Assembly (NCBI RefSeq): GCF_032444005.1
Contig: NC_091285.1
Coordinates: forward strand, 22,134,001-22,198,000
Length of the DNA stretch: 64,000 nt
Source: Ranitomeya imitator
Lineage: Eukaryota
Direction of reading: 5' to 3'
Part shown: positions 41,601 to 53,400 of the stretch, one piece after another
Position numbering within the stretch: position 1 is the stretch's first letter
How the letters are laid out: each line of letters opens with the position of its first letter
The notes under the pieces: generated by a model
What the model was told of the DNA's origin: nothing
Database searches by the model: none
Seen by the model: only the letters and a program-made list of their open reading frames with translations
Program-made: the position numbers and the translations under genes

Positions 41601-44600
41601 TTTTATGGGGTCTGTATGAAGGAAGGGGCTGGTATGGGGTCTGTATGAAGGCAGAGGCTGGTATGAGGTCTGTATGAAGGAGGGGGCTAGTATGGGGTCT
41701 GTATGAAGGAGGGAGGCTTTTATGGGGTCTGTATGAAGGAGGGGGCTGGTATGGGGTCTGTATGAAGGCGGAGGCTGGTATGGGGTCTGTATGAAGGCGG
41801 AGGCTGGTATGAGGTCTGTATGAAGGCGGAGGCTGGTATGAGGTCTGTATGAAGGCAGAGGCTGGTATGAGGTCTGTATGAAGGAGGGGGCTAGTATGGG
41901 GTCTGTATGAAGGAGGGAGGCTTTTATGGGGTCTGTATGAAGGAAGGGGCTGGTATTGGATCTGCATGAAGGAGGGGGCTGGTATGGGGTCTGCATGAAG
42001 GAAGGAGTCTGGTATGGAGTTTATATGAAGGAGGGGGCTGGTATTGGGTCTTTATGAAGGAGGGGGCTGGTATGGGGTCTGTATGAAGGAGGGGGGTTGG
42101 TATGGGTCTGTATAAAGGAGGGGGCTGGTATGGGGTCTATATGAAGGAGGTGGCTCTTATGGGTATGTATGAAGGAGGGGGCTGGTATGGGGTCTATACG
42201 AAGGAGGGGGCCCTTATAGGGTCTATATGAAGGAGGGGGCTCTTATGGGTATGTATGAAGGAAGGGGCTCTTATGGGTATGTATGAAGGAGGGGGCTCTT
42301 ATAGGGTCTATATGAAGGAGGGGGCTGGTATGGGGTCTATATGAAGGAGGGGGCTCTTATAGGGTCTATATGAAGGAGGGGGCTGTTATGGGGTCTATAT
42401 GAAGGAGGGGGCTGGTATGGGGTCTATATGAAGGAGGGGGCTGGTATGGGGTCTATATGAAGGAGGGGTCTGGTATGGAGTCTATATGAAGGAGGGGGCT
42501 GGTATGGGGTCTATATGAAGGAGGGGGCTGGTATGGGGTCTATATGAAGGAGGGGGCTCTTATAGGGTCTATATGAAGGAGGGGGCTGGTATGGGGTCTA
42601 TATGAAGGAGGGGGCTCTTATAGGGTCTATATGAAGGAGGGGGCTGTTATGGGGTCTATATGAAGGAGGGGGCTGTTATGGGGTCTATATGAAGGAGGGG
42701 GCTGGTATGGGGTCTATATGAAGGAGGGGGCTGGTATGGGGTCTATATGAAGGAGGGGGCTGGTATGGAGTCTATATGAAGGAGGGGGCTCTTATAGGGT
42801 CTATATGAAGGAGGGGGCTGTTATGGGGTCTGTATGAAGGAGGGGGCTCTTATAGGGTCTATATGAAGGAGGGGGCTCTTATAGGGTCTATATGAAGGAG
42901 GGGGCTCTTATAGGGTCTATATGAAGGAGGGGGCTGGTATGGGGTCTGTATGAAGGAGGGGGCTCTTATAGGGTCTATATGAAGGAGGGGGCTGTTATGG
43001 GGTCTATATGAAGGAGGGGGCTGTTATGGGGTCTATATGAAGGAGGGGGCTGGTATGGGGTCTATATGAAGGAGGGGGCTGGTATGGGGTCTATATGAAG
43101 GAGGGGGCTCTTATAGGGTCTATATGAAGGAGGGGGCTCTTATAGGGTCTATATGAAGGAGGGGGCTCTTATAGGGTCTATATGAAGGAGGGGGCTGGTA
43201 TGAGGTCTATATGAAGGAGGGGGCTCTTATAGGGTCTATATGAAGGAGGGGGCTCTTATAGGGTCTATATGAAGGAGGGGGCTCTTATAGGGTCTATATG
43301 AAGGAGGGGGCTGGTATGGGGTCTATATGAAGGAGGGGGCTCTCCACCCTCCTGTCAAGATCACACCTCACCACCTGCACGCTTGACCCGCTCCCATCCC
43401 ACCTCATCCCTAACCTTTCCACGGTCTTCATCCCAACCCTAACGCACCTCTTCAACCTCTCACTCACAACAGGTGTCTTTCCCTCATCCTTCAAGCATGC
43501 CAAGATCACACCCATCCTCAAAAAGCCCTCCCTCGACCCATCCTCTGTGTCTAGCTATCGCCCAATATCTCTTCTCCCTTATGCCTCCAAATTGCTGGAG
43601 CAACACGTCCATCTTGAACTGTCCTCCCACTTCTCCTCCTGCTCCCTCTTTGATCGGTTACAATCAGGCTTCCGTTCCCATCACTCAACTGAAACTGCCC
43701 TAACTAAAGTCACCAATGACCTACTAACTGCCAGGAGCAAGCGACACTACTCTGTCCTCCTTCTCCTGGACTTGTCTTCTGCCTTTGACACTGTAGACCA
43801 CTCCCTTTTGCTACAAATCCTCTCATCCCTTGGCATCACAGACTTGGCCCTTTCCTGGATCTCGTCATATCTGACAGACCGAACATTCAGTGTCTCCCTC
43901 CCCCACACCACCTCCTCACTTCGCCCCTTGTCAGTTGGTGTTCCTCAAGGCTCTGTTCTAGGACCCCTACTCTTCTCCATCTACACTTTCGGCCTGGGAC
44001 AGCTCATAGAATCCCACGGTATGCAGTACCATCTCTACGCTGACGACACGCAGATCTACCTCTCCGGACCTGACCTCTCCTCCTTGCTTACCAAAATCCC
44101 GCACTGTCTGTCTGCCATTTCAGCCTTCTTTTCTGCTCGCTTTCTACAACTGAACATGGACAAAACAGAATTCATCATCTTTCCCCCATCTCACTCTACC
44201 CCTCCACCAGACCTATCCATCAATGTCAATGGCTGCTCACTTTCCCCAGTCCCACACGCCCGGTGCCTCGGGGTGATCCTCGACTCTGCCCTCTCTTTCA
44301 AGCCACATATCCAAGCCCTTGCCTCCTCCTGTCGTCTCAAACTCAAAAATATTTCCCGGATCCGTGCTTTCCTTGACCGCAACACTGCAAAAACGCTAGT
44401 GCATGCCCTTATCATCTCCCGCCTCGACTACTGCAACCTCCTACTCTCTGGACTCCCCTCTAGCACTCTGGCACCACTCCAATCCATCCTACACTCTGCT
44501 GCCCGACTAATCCACCTGTCCCCCCGCTATTCCCCAGCCTCTCCCCTATGTCAAGCCCTTCACTGGCTTCCTATCGCCCAGAGACTCCAGTACAAAACCC

Positions 44601-46567
44601 TCACACTGACATACAAAGCCATCCACAACCTGTCTCCTCCATACATCTGTGACATGGTCTCCCGGTACCTACCTACACGCGACCTCCGATCCTCCCAAGA
44701 CCTCCTTCTCTACTCCCCTCTCATCTCTTCTTCCCATAACCGCATCCAAGACTTCTCCCGTGCTTCCCCCATACTCTGGAACTCTCTACCCCAACACATC
44801 AGACTTGCGCCTACCATAGAAACCTTCAAAAAGAACCTGAAGACTCATCTCTTCCGACAAGCCTACAGCCTGCAGTGATCCTCAACCTACTGAACAGCCG
44901 CACAGCCAGCTCTTCCCTCTCCTAGTGTATCCTCACCCACCCCCTGCAGACTGTGAGCCCTCGCGGGCAGGGTCCTCCCTCCTTATGTACTCGTGTGCCT
45001 TGTTATCTGCTCATGTTTAATGTATTTGTCTATATTTGCCCCGTATTCACATGTAAAGCGCCATGGAATAAATGGCGCTATAAAAATGTATAATAATAAT
45101 AATAATAATAGGGTCTATATGAAGGAGGGGGCACTTATGGGTATGTATGAAGGAGGGGGCTGGTATGGGGTCTATATGAAGGAGGGGGCACTTATGGGTA
45201 TGTATGAAGGAGGGGGCTGGTATGGGGTCTATATGAAGGAGGGGGCTAGTATGGGGTCTATATGAAGGAGGGGGCTCTTATAGGGTCTATATGAAGGAGG
45301 GGGCTGTTATGGGGTCTGTATGAAGGAGGGGGCTGGTATGGGGTCTATATGAAGAAGGGGGCTCTTATAGGGTCTATATGAAGGAGGGGGCTGGTATGGG
45401 GTCTATATGAAGGAGGGGGCTCTTATAGGGTCTATATGAAGGAGGGGGCACTTATGGGTATGTATGAAGGAGGGGGCTGGTATGGGGTCTATATGAAGAA
45501 GGGGGCTCTTATAGGGTCTATATGAAGGAGGGGGCTGGTATGGGGTCTATATGAAGAAGGGGGCTCTTATAGGGTCTATATGAAGGAGGGGGCTCTTATA
45601 GGGTCTATATGAAGGAGGGGGCTGGTATGGGGTCTATATGAAGGAGGGGGCTCTTATAGGGTCTATATGAAGGAGGGGGCTCTTATAGGGTCTATATGAA
45701 GGAGGGGGCTGGTATGGGGTCTATATGAAGGAGGGGGCTCTTATAGGGTCTATATGAAGGAGGGGGCACTTATGGGTATGTATGAAGGAGGGGGCTGGTA
45801 TGGGGTCTATATGAAGGAGGGGGCACTTATGGGTATGTATGAAGGAGGGGGCTGGTATGGGGTCTATATGAAGGAGGGGGCACTTATGGGTATGTATGAA
45901 GGAGGGGGCTGGTATGGGGTCTGTAAACAGATGGTGTCTATCACCATGAGGGGTCTCTAAATATGGGAGTTCTGTAAACAGGAAGGGGTGGTGGTCTGGG
46001 CTCTGTATAAAGGAGGGGGTCTGGTACTTGGATCTGTAAAAAGGGAAAGTTTATAAATATGGGGGTCTGTTAATTATCGGGAGGAGGTATATATTAAAGG
46101 GAAGGGGTCTGGTCTGCAGGGGCGGTGGTCTTGGATCTGTAAACAGGAGGGGTTGGGTCTGAATACAGGAGCCTGGGGTCTGGACTGGGGTCTGCTTAAA
46201 GGGGAGGTGTAAATATGGAGGGTCTGCACACAGGAAAGGGCGGCGCTCTGGGGTCTGTACACATGGAGGGTCTGGTCCACAGCGTCTCGTCATTTGGGGG
46301 GACGTAGATATACGACCTAGGCTGCTGAAGTCTGTGGACACGTAGCCATCCAGCTTTTCCAGGATCCTGACTCATTTTGCAGCGCTGCCGTAAACAAAGC
46401 TTTGCAGATTAGAGGGGGTTCTTCCTCACCCCAATGGTCCTGGCTCTGGTGTCAAACACCCGGCTCTGCCTCTGCTGCTCGGCATGCCTCCTCCTCTGCA
46501 GCACGGCGGCCTCTGCCCGGTCCTGCTCGAACATGTCGCCTTTTTCCCTTCTCTCACTCAGCAGCAT
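35555..46567 (-). CDS. RIBC2: RIB43A-like coiled-coil protein 2 (ciliary microtubule inner protein), complete 7-exon gene
   Basis: Exons 46567(or 46534)-46430, 40790-40709, 39508-39164, 39020-38902, 36754-36527, 36455-36289 and 35636-35555 join in frame with GT-AG introns. Product is 375 aa from 46534 or 386 aa from 46567. Recognisable RIB43A motifs: [68 protein letters not shown]. Head-to-head with SMC1B, as in other vertebrates. Confidence 0.93.
36289..36455 (-). CDS. RIBC2: RIBC2 exon 6
   Basis: ccacag|[24 protein letters not shown]...HKA+CA|gtgagt; 167 nt, preceded by a 71-nt intron. Confidence 0.92.
36527..36754 (-). CDS. RIBC2: RIBC2 exon 5
   Basis: attcag|AEESLERKK...[28 protein letters not shown]...QEKM|gtacgg; 228 nt. 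Confidence 0.92.
36870..38030 (-). mobile_element. Truncated, degenerate Tc1-like transposon in RIBC2 intron 4
   Basis: [24 protein letters not shown] and [12 protein letters not shown] fragments. Ends are approximate. Confidence 0.75.
38902..39020 (-). CDS. RIBC2: RIBC2 exon 4
   Basis: catag|..[22 protein letters not shown]...KEFNRAQ|gtaagg; 119 nt. Confidence 0.9.
39164..39508 (-). CDS. RIBC2: RIBC2 exon 3
   Basis: ttccag|..AQMVQNDQ...[13 protein letters not shown]...LEDQRFA+G|gtgaga; 345 nt. Confidence 0.92.
39722..40500. mobile_element. TTAA-CCCCTT (piggyBac-like) non-autonomous element remnant in RIBC2 intron 2
   Basis: Begins TTAACCCCTTCA. The AT-rich body resembles 49785-50540. No clear right end. 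Confidence 0.5.
40709..40790 (-). CDS. RIBC2: RIBC2 exon 2
   Basis: ttcccag|[27 protein letters not shown]+G|gtacgt; 82 nt. Confidence 0.9.
41395..45922. repeat. 29-bp G-rich minisatellite in RIBC2 intron 1, split by an L2 insertion
   Basis: Unit ATGAAGGAGGGGGCTGGTATGGGGTCT(A/G)T with a CTCTTATAGG variant. Segments are 41395-43343 and ~45106-45922. Confidence 0.95.
43344..45110 (+). mobile_element. 5'-truncated L2-clade LINE with an uninterrupted reverse-transcriptase frame
   Basis: The frame is open from ~43331 to TGA 44878. Motifs [33 protein letters not shown] and YADDTQIY. The 3' UTR ends TGTAAAGCGCCATGG..GGCGCTATAAAAATG(TAA)n. Confidence 0.95.
46430..46567 (-). CDS. RIBC2: RIBC2 exon 1 (start codon either 46567 or 46534)
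   Basis: ([11 protein letters not shown])[35 protein letters not shown], then donor GTGAGG. Confidence 0.85.
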
Positions 46568-46708
46568 CACGTCTCCTTGGAAACCAAGAACTCGGTTGCT
46601 AGGAGTTGGGTACTTCCGGTAGCTGTGGCGACGCATGCGCGCTGTGGATGAAGAAGACGCGTGACGTCACCGTTGTCAGCGGCGCTTTGGCGGGAAGGTC
46701 TGGCAGCC
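46535..46708. promoter_or_regulatory. CpG-rich bidirectional promoter shared by RIBC2 and SMC1B
   Basis: The divergent ATGs are 141-174 bp apart. Motifs: X-box-like GTCTCCTTGGAAAC (46571-84), GTTGCTAGG (46595), ETS ACTTCCGGT (46612-20), NRF1-like CGCATGCGC (46632-40), CRE TGACGTCA (46662-69), E2F-type TTTGGCGGGAA (46686-96). Confidence 0.8.
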
Positions 46709-46817
46709 ATGGGCTTCCTCCACCTCCTCGTACTGGAGGACTTTAAGTCATGGCGGGGCCGGCGGATCATAGGGCCCTTCAAAAGGTTCAATTGTATAAT
46801 CGGCCCTAACGGTTCAG
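46709..46817 (+). CDS. SMC1B: SMC1B exon 1
   Basis: gcagcc[39 protein letters not shown]+G|gtaacg. Confidence 0.95.
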
Positions 46818-47401
46818 GTAACGGTGTCCCCTCCAGCGCCCTCTGGTGGCGGCGCCTCAGCTTTTGCCTCTGGGCGCCATCTTGTATTCCAGTCAGTGAC
46901 CTGTTGCCATAGTGTCATGTATGATGGAGCTCCCTGGAGTGTCTGTGACAGTTTTTACTCTTTCATGTTTTCTTCCCCTTAAACCATCATTTTTTTTTTT
47001 TTTTCATTTTTCCACCCACTGGCGTACGAGGGCGCTGGGTTATTTTTTTTAGTTAACCATTTTGAGGAACATGGTACGATTTGTATATTTTCAGTGAAGC
47101 AGCGAGCGAAAACCGACAATTCTGACATTTTACATTTTCTTATTTTCTTTACGCGTCATCCGAAGGGATTAATTAATTTTCTGCCTTGTAGATTGGACGC
47201 GGCCATAACAGATTTTTTATATTTTTTTTATTTGCTGTTATCCTGTGAAAATTCTTATATATAGAAAACAATAGAGAAAATTATATAATGAAAATAAAAA
47301 AAATAAAGAACAATTATTTTTTTATGAAAAAAAACCTAGAAATTGAAAAAAGGGTTTAAAAAATGACAAACAAATATAATAGGAAAAATGTGAAACAATA
47401 A

Positions 47402-47448
<47 letters not shown>

Positions 47449-50400
47449 AAACAAGTTTATTTTTTTCATATGTAATTTTTTTAAACTTTTATTTTTTTTC
47501 AAACTATATATATATTTATATTTTTCGGTCTGGAGACTGTGTGTATATATAATATATATCGTATTTTTTGGACTATAAGATGCATCGGACCATAAGACGC
47601 GCCTAGGTTTTAGAGGAGGAAATTAGGGGGAAAAAAATTGAAGCAAAAAATGTCAATTCTGTACTGTAATATTCCCTATCCTGGTATATATGGCCCCCTC
47701 ATCCCCATCCTGATACACATGGCCCCCTCACCGCTACCCTGATATGAATAGCTCCCTCCTCCCAGTATGCATGGCCCCATCCTTATCCTGGAATGTATGC
47801 CCCCCTTATCACCATCTTGGTATGCAGGGTCCCCCATCTCGTCCTAGTATGCATGGCCCCATCCTTATCCTGGTATGCAGGACCCCTTCCCCGTCCTGGT
47901 ACGCATGGTCCCATCCTTATGATTAGCAAACCATCCTGGTATACACAGCGCCATCATTATGATTGGATCCCACCCCTATCCTGGTATGCATGGCCCCATC
48001 AGAAAACCAAAAAACCCATTATACTTACCTTTCTGCGCTCCCTCGCAGCATCCTGTTCCGATGCCAGCAACTGCTTTATGCTTGTAAGCAGCGCATGGCA
48101 GGGAAGTCATGTGTTCACAAGCAGAGCACAGCTGCTGGAATACTCAATGCTTTGCACGTTGGGACTGTGTGCACGCAAAGCAGTGAGTATTCATTGCTCT
48201 CTAGTGAGCACAGTGTCAGCTGGAGACTTCCTACCGCTGCCGGGGGTCACGTGTGCCAATACTTAAGAGAAATTAATAAGTATCGAGGGAGGGAGCGAAG
48301 GAAGGTAAGTAAGAACAGGATGCTGCGAGGGAGCGCAGGAAGGTAAGTAAGAACAGGATGCTGCGAGGGAGCGCAGGAAGGTAAGTAAGAACAGGATGCT
48401 GCGAGGGAGCGCAGGAAGGTAAGTAAGAACAGGATGCTGCGAGGAAGCGCAGGAAGGTAAGTATGATGTGTTTTTTTTTTAATGTTTTCTGATGGGGCCA
48501 TGCATACTAGGACGTGGGTGGTGGCTAATCATAAGGATGGGGCCATGCATATCAGGAGCGGATTTTGGGGCCAATCATACCAGGGTTAGGATGGGACCAA
48601 TCATACCAGGATGCCATTAAGAAAGAAGAATATTCATTGCCCTCCACGCCCATGGGCGTGGAATGTAGTGAATATTCCTTTCTCTTTAGCAGCGGGCACA
48701 GGACTTAGCCACAGCAGCCGGCTCCTGCCTCTGTGACCCTCTGCTCCTCCGAAACCGCTCCCCCACCTCCCCTCCATAGCCAGAATCGGTACATCCGGAC
48801 TATAAGACGCCCTTCCCCCTCATTTTCCTCCACATTTTTGGAGGGAAAAAAGCGCGTCTTATAGTCCAAAAAATGCAGTATTTTTTTTTTTTTTTTCAGA
48901 CTTTTTTTTTTTAAATGTTTCCAACCTTTTTCTTAACTGTAGTTTTCCACTCCTCCCTAAAACCAGGCTTACACATGAGTAGGCCACTGTCCGTATACAG
49001 AGCACATTACCCGGTCTGACAGTGGGCCTCATGGCCCTAACTTACAGCCTCATTTGTGTCTGGGTCAGTGAGACCCTCTATCAGTCCAGCCTACCCACAG
49101 ACGCGGCTTCATAGGAGGACCTTTATAAGGTCCCTGGCTGTCATGGTGATCCATCAGCGTCTCGGGGAGGTGTTGGAATGATTGCGCCGGGCAGTAGCAC
49201 TATTTATATGCCGCTATCAGAGATGGTACGGTTTTATGGGCTGTCCACTACCTATATTTAAAGACGAGTTCATGGGTGTCTTAAATGTAAGAACAAACAC
49301 CTACCGGAACCTCCGCCTCCTCGCTCTACTGGCGGTGTCCCCCATTGGTCTTCTCGCAGTTGACGGCGGAGAGGTAGTGAGGAGACCAGGGAGCCAAAGA
49401 AGCGGCAGAAGTCCAGTAGGCGGTATTTCTTTTTAGTGCCGGTTTTAGCTGAAGTAATAAACTGTTTTTTGGTCAATTCAGGAAAATCCAACTTAATGGA
49501 CGCCATCAGTTTTGTGATTGGGGAAAGAACGGCCAACCTGAGGGTGAAGAGCGCCCGAGAGCTCATCCACGGAGCCAACATGGGGCAGCCTGTGTCCTCC
49601 ACTGCCAGCGTGCACCTGGTGTACTGCGAGGACGACGGCAAGGAGAAGACCTTCTCCAGGATCATTGCCGGTAGGGAGGACACACATGAACAATAAGGGT
49701 GGAGGGGAAAACAACCGCTTAGGGCAAAACTATCCATCCACTGATCTAATGTTTGATACCTGTTCTGAGGACAGCGCATTTATTTTAACCCCTGACCAGG
49801 CTATTTTCTGTTTTTTCCTCGCTTCTTCCAAAAGCCATACGTTTTTTATTTTTTCTGTTAATCTGGCCGTATGGGGCTTGTTTTTTGTAGGACAAGTTGA
49901 ACTTTTGATTGACACCATTTTATCATGTGATGCAGTGGAAAGCAACAAAAAAAATCCAGGTGCATTTAAATTGCAAAAAAAAGTGCATTTCCTCAATTTA
50001 AAAAAAAAAAAAAAATTTAATTTACAAAATGTCGCCATTTTTCAAGAACGATGAGGCTTTCATTTTTCGTGATATAGGGCTCATGTTTTGCACCCTGAGC
50101 TGATGTTTTTTTTACTGATAAAATTGTGGGGTAGATGCGATGTTTTGATCGCCTTTTATTGCCCCAAAAAATAATTCTGGAATTTCTGTTTTTTTTTTTG
50201 TTTTGTTTTTTTTTCCTTGTTACGCCATTTACGCCATTCCAAAGACATACTGATAGGAATTCTAGATTGTGAGCCCAATCGGGGACAGTGATGATAATGT
50301 GTGCAAACTGTAAAGCGCTGCGGAATATGTTAGCGCTATATAAAAATAAAGATTATTATTATTATATTATTATTATTTACCCACTGAGGGTATTTATTCT

Positions 50401-53400
50401 GTATTTTAATCAAACTTTTCTGAACTATATATATTAGTGGACTTTGAATCTGCAATCATCCGACCTCTTGTATTATACATAGCAGTGCATCAGCCCTTCG
50501 CGACATATGACGTAAGTGTACGTTATGTCGGGAAGGGGTTAAGTAGGTCAAGACTGGGCTCCTTCCACTTCTCCATCTTTTAATAATTTATTATATTATT
50601 TGTTTCTAGGGAACTCGTCAGACTATTGCCTGAATAGTCGGTCGGTGGGACGTGCCGCGTATGTCTTGGAGCTGGAAAAAATTGGGATCATTGTAAAGGC
50701 CAGAAATTGTCTAGTGTTTCAGGTAAGGATATATATGAGGAGCTGAGTGTAAAGGGTCACCTTTTAGTCTTTGCTCATAAATTATTTTAACACGATGTCA
50801 GGGAGAAGTGGAGTCTATCGCGATGAAGAAGCCTAAAGAGAGGACGCACCTCTTCGAGCAAATAAGCAATTCCTTAGAATTTGCCGATCAGTACGAGCAG
50901 AAGAAAAAGCTGATGTTACAGGCGGAAGAAGACGCACAGTTCAGCTACAACAAGAAGAAGAACGCAGCCGTGGAGAGAAAGCAAGCCAAGCTAGAAAAGG
51001 AGGAGGTGGGTCTCCGAAGACTACGACATATAGTCTGGAAAGTGATGGCCATAGATGGAAAGAAGATGATCATCCTTAGTGCCCTGTATTCGAGGTGGCT
51101 ATAAATTAGTGTCTGACCCCTTTATAAAAAAAGCTTGATGAGAGCTGTAGATAGGTGTCTGGCTTCATTTATGCCCCCAGTCATGTAAAAAGGTCAGACA
51201 TTGTCTTATAAGACGGTGAGAGGGTTTTTATTACTGTGCCCCCTTTTCCAGCCCCAATGCTGAACTGTTAAATTGGGCCACTGCAACTTTGGGTACGACA
51301 CACATCGCATGTTCAAAGGTGTCTCTGCAGGATAATGGGTCCCGTTGCATGTTCTGGTTGCAACCATTCCAGCGAGACCCCGTGAACTTACATTACTCTG
51401 CGTGATCTTCGAACATGCGATTTGTCTCTTTTCCAAAGTCGTCGTCTGTTCCCAGCCTTATTCTTCAGGCCAAGGGTCAAAAGGGTCATATCTTGGCGAT
51501 AAGGCCCCTTTCACACATCAGTTTTTTTGCCGTCAGTCACAATCTGTCGAATTTTGTAAAAAAAATGGATCCGGCGACTGATGCCGCCGGATCTGTTTTT
51601 TCTCATAGACTTGTATTAGCGACGGATTGTGACGGATGGCCTCACGTTTCATCCGTAGTTTGGTGGATCCGTCGAAAATTGTTTTTCCGGTGGCCGGAGA
51701 CAACGGACAAAGTAAAATTGTTTGTGCCTGTCGAAAAAACGTACAGCGACGGATCCGTCGCCCTCCGTTGTTTACTAGAATGCAAGCCTATGGCGCCGGA
51801 TCAGTCAAATGACGGAATCCGGTGATGATTTCCTTTTTTTTTAAACTGAGCATGCTCCAATTTTTTTTAGGATCCAATTAGCCGGATCAGCTAGTCGGAT
51901 CCGGCGAAAAAACGGATCCATCGCATCAGTTTTTCACAATCTGCGGCAGATCTGTTTTTTTTTTTTTCAAAATTCGACATATTGTGACTGATGGCAAAAA
52001 ACTGATGTGTGAAAGGGGCCTAAATTATCACCTTGTAATACCTCTTTAAGGGAAGGTCCAGTAAGGTTCACTGTTATCTGACTAAATGTGTTGCACAATA
52101 TTATGGGCCTTCCGCAGGCAGACCTGTACAAGGACCTACAGCAGCAAGTCCGTGTCGGCAAAGCAAAGCTGCAGCTCTTCCAGCTTTTCTATAACGAGAA
52201 TAAACTGGACTCATTATCAAGGACCTTGGAAGAAAAACAGGTTGAGACGAACATCCAGAAAGAGAAAGTCACACATTGCGAGAAGGAGCTGAAAACAGCC
52301 AAGAGGGACTCCGGGAGGATGAGCAGAGAACTGCAACTAATCGAGAAAGAAATTAAGTAAGTCTCGATGAGCCGAAATGTCACCTTGGTAATATGATGTA
52401 AGAGGCTTTAAATTACTACATACTGATCCCTTGAGTTTAAATGAGATTGGATAAAAAAAAGGTGATAGCCTTAGGTAGGCCACAACAATGAAGAATTTCT
52501 ACCTGAACCCCCCATAGACTTATAAACATCCGAGTGGTCTGCATTGTACTCTGCACTGATGCCCTAAAACCTCACTGCATAGTAGAGCAGCTGCACAAGA
52601 TGTGTGACAACTAGACTCTTCATAGATAGGCAGAGATGGTTTATTACCGTCTCTGCCTTCCCGATTGCTTTATACAGTATGGGATGGGCAGATAGCTTTT
52701 CCTCCATGTAATCACTGAGTATAGGAAAGGAGCTGCTGGGCCATAATAGACCTAGAATAGCTCTGCCGTGCAGCCAGGAGGCTGAATTCCCCCTGTAACT
52801 GGGACATAAAGGGAATCTGTCACCCCCAAAATCGAGGGTGAGGTAAGCCCACCGGCATCAGGGGCTTATCTACAGCATTCTTTAATGCTGTAGCTAAGCC
52901 CCCAATGTATCCTAAAAGATAAGAAAAAGAGGTTACCGTATATTATACTCACCCAGGGGCGTTCCCTCTGTTGGTTCGGCGCCTCCTATCTTCATCAGAT
53001 GACGTCCTCTTGTCTTCAAGCTGCGGCTCTGGCGTACTTTGTCTGCCCTGTTGAGGGCAGTGCAAAGTACTGCAGTGTGCAGGCGCTGGGCCTCTCTGAC
53101 CTTTCCCGGTACCTGCGCACTGCAGTACTTTGCTCTGCCCTCAACAGGGCAGACAAAGTACGCTGGAGCCGCAGCCTGAAGACAAGAAGAGGACGTCATC
53201 TGATGAAGATAGGAGGCGCCGAACCCGAACCAGCAGTGGAATCGCCCCTGGATAAGTATAATATAACCTCTTTTTCTTTTAGGATATATCGGGGGCTTAT
53301 CTACAGCATTCCAGAATGCTGTAGATAAGCCCCTGATGCCGGTGGGCTTACCTCACCCTCGATTTTGGGGGTGACAGATTCCCTTTAATATACCAGCCCT

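Noticed and set aside
41284-41996. 227-aa and 176-aa Pro/Tyr-rich ORFs
   Set aside because: They are translations of the 29-bp minisatellite (29-aa period equals 3 units).
46568-46636. In-frame upstream ATG (MRRHSYRK...) extending RIBC2
   Set aside because: It lies inside the NRF1-like site in the promoter core, probably upstream of the transcription start, and the extension has no RIB43A resemblance.
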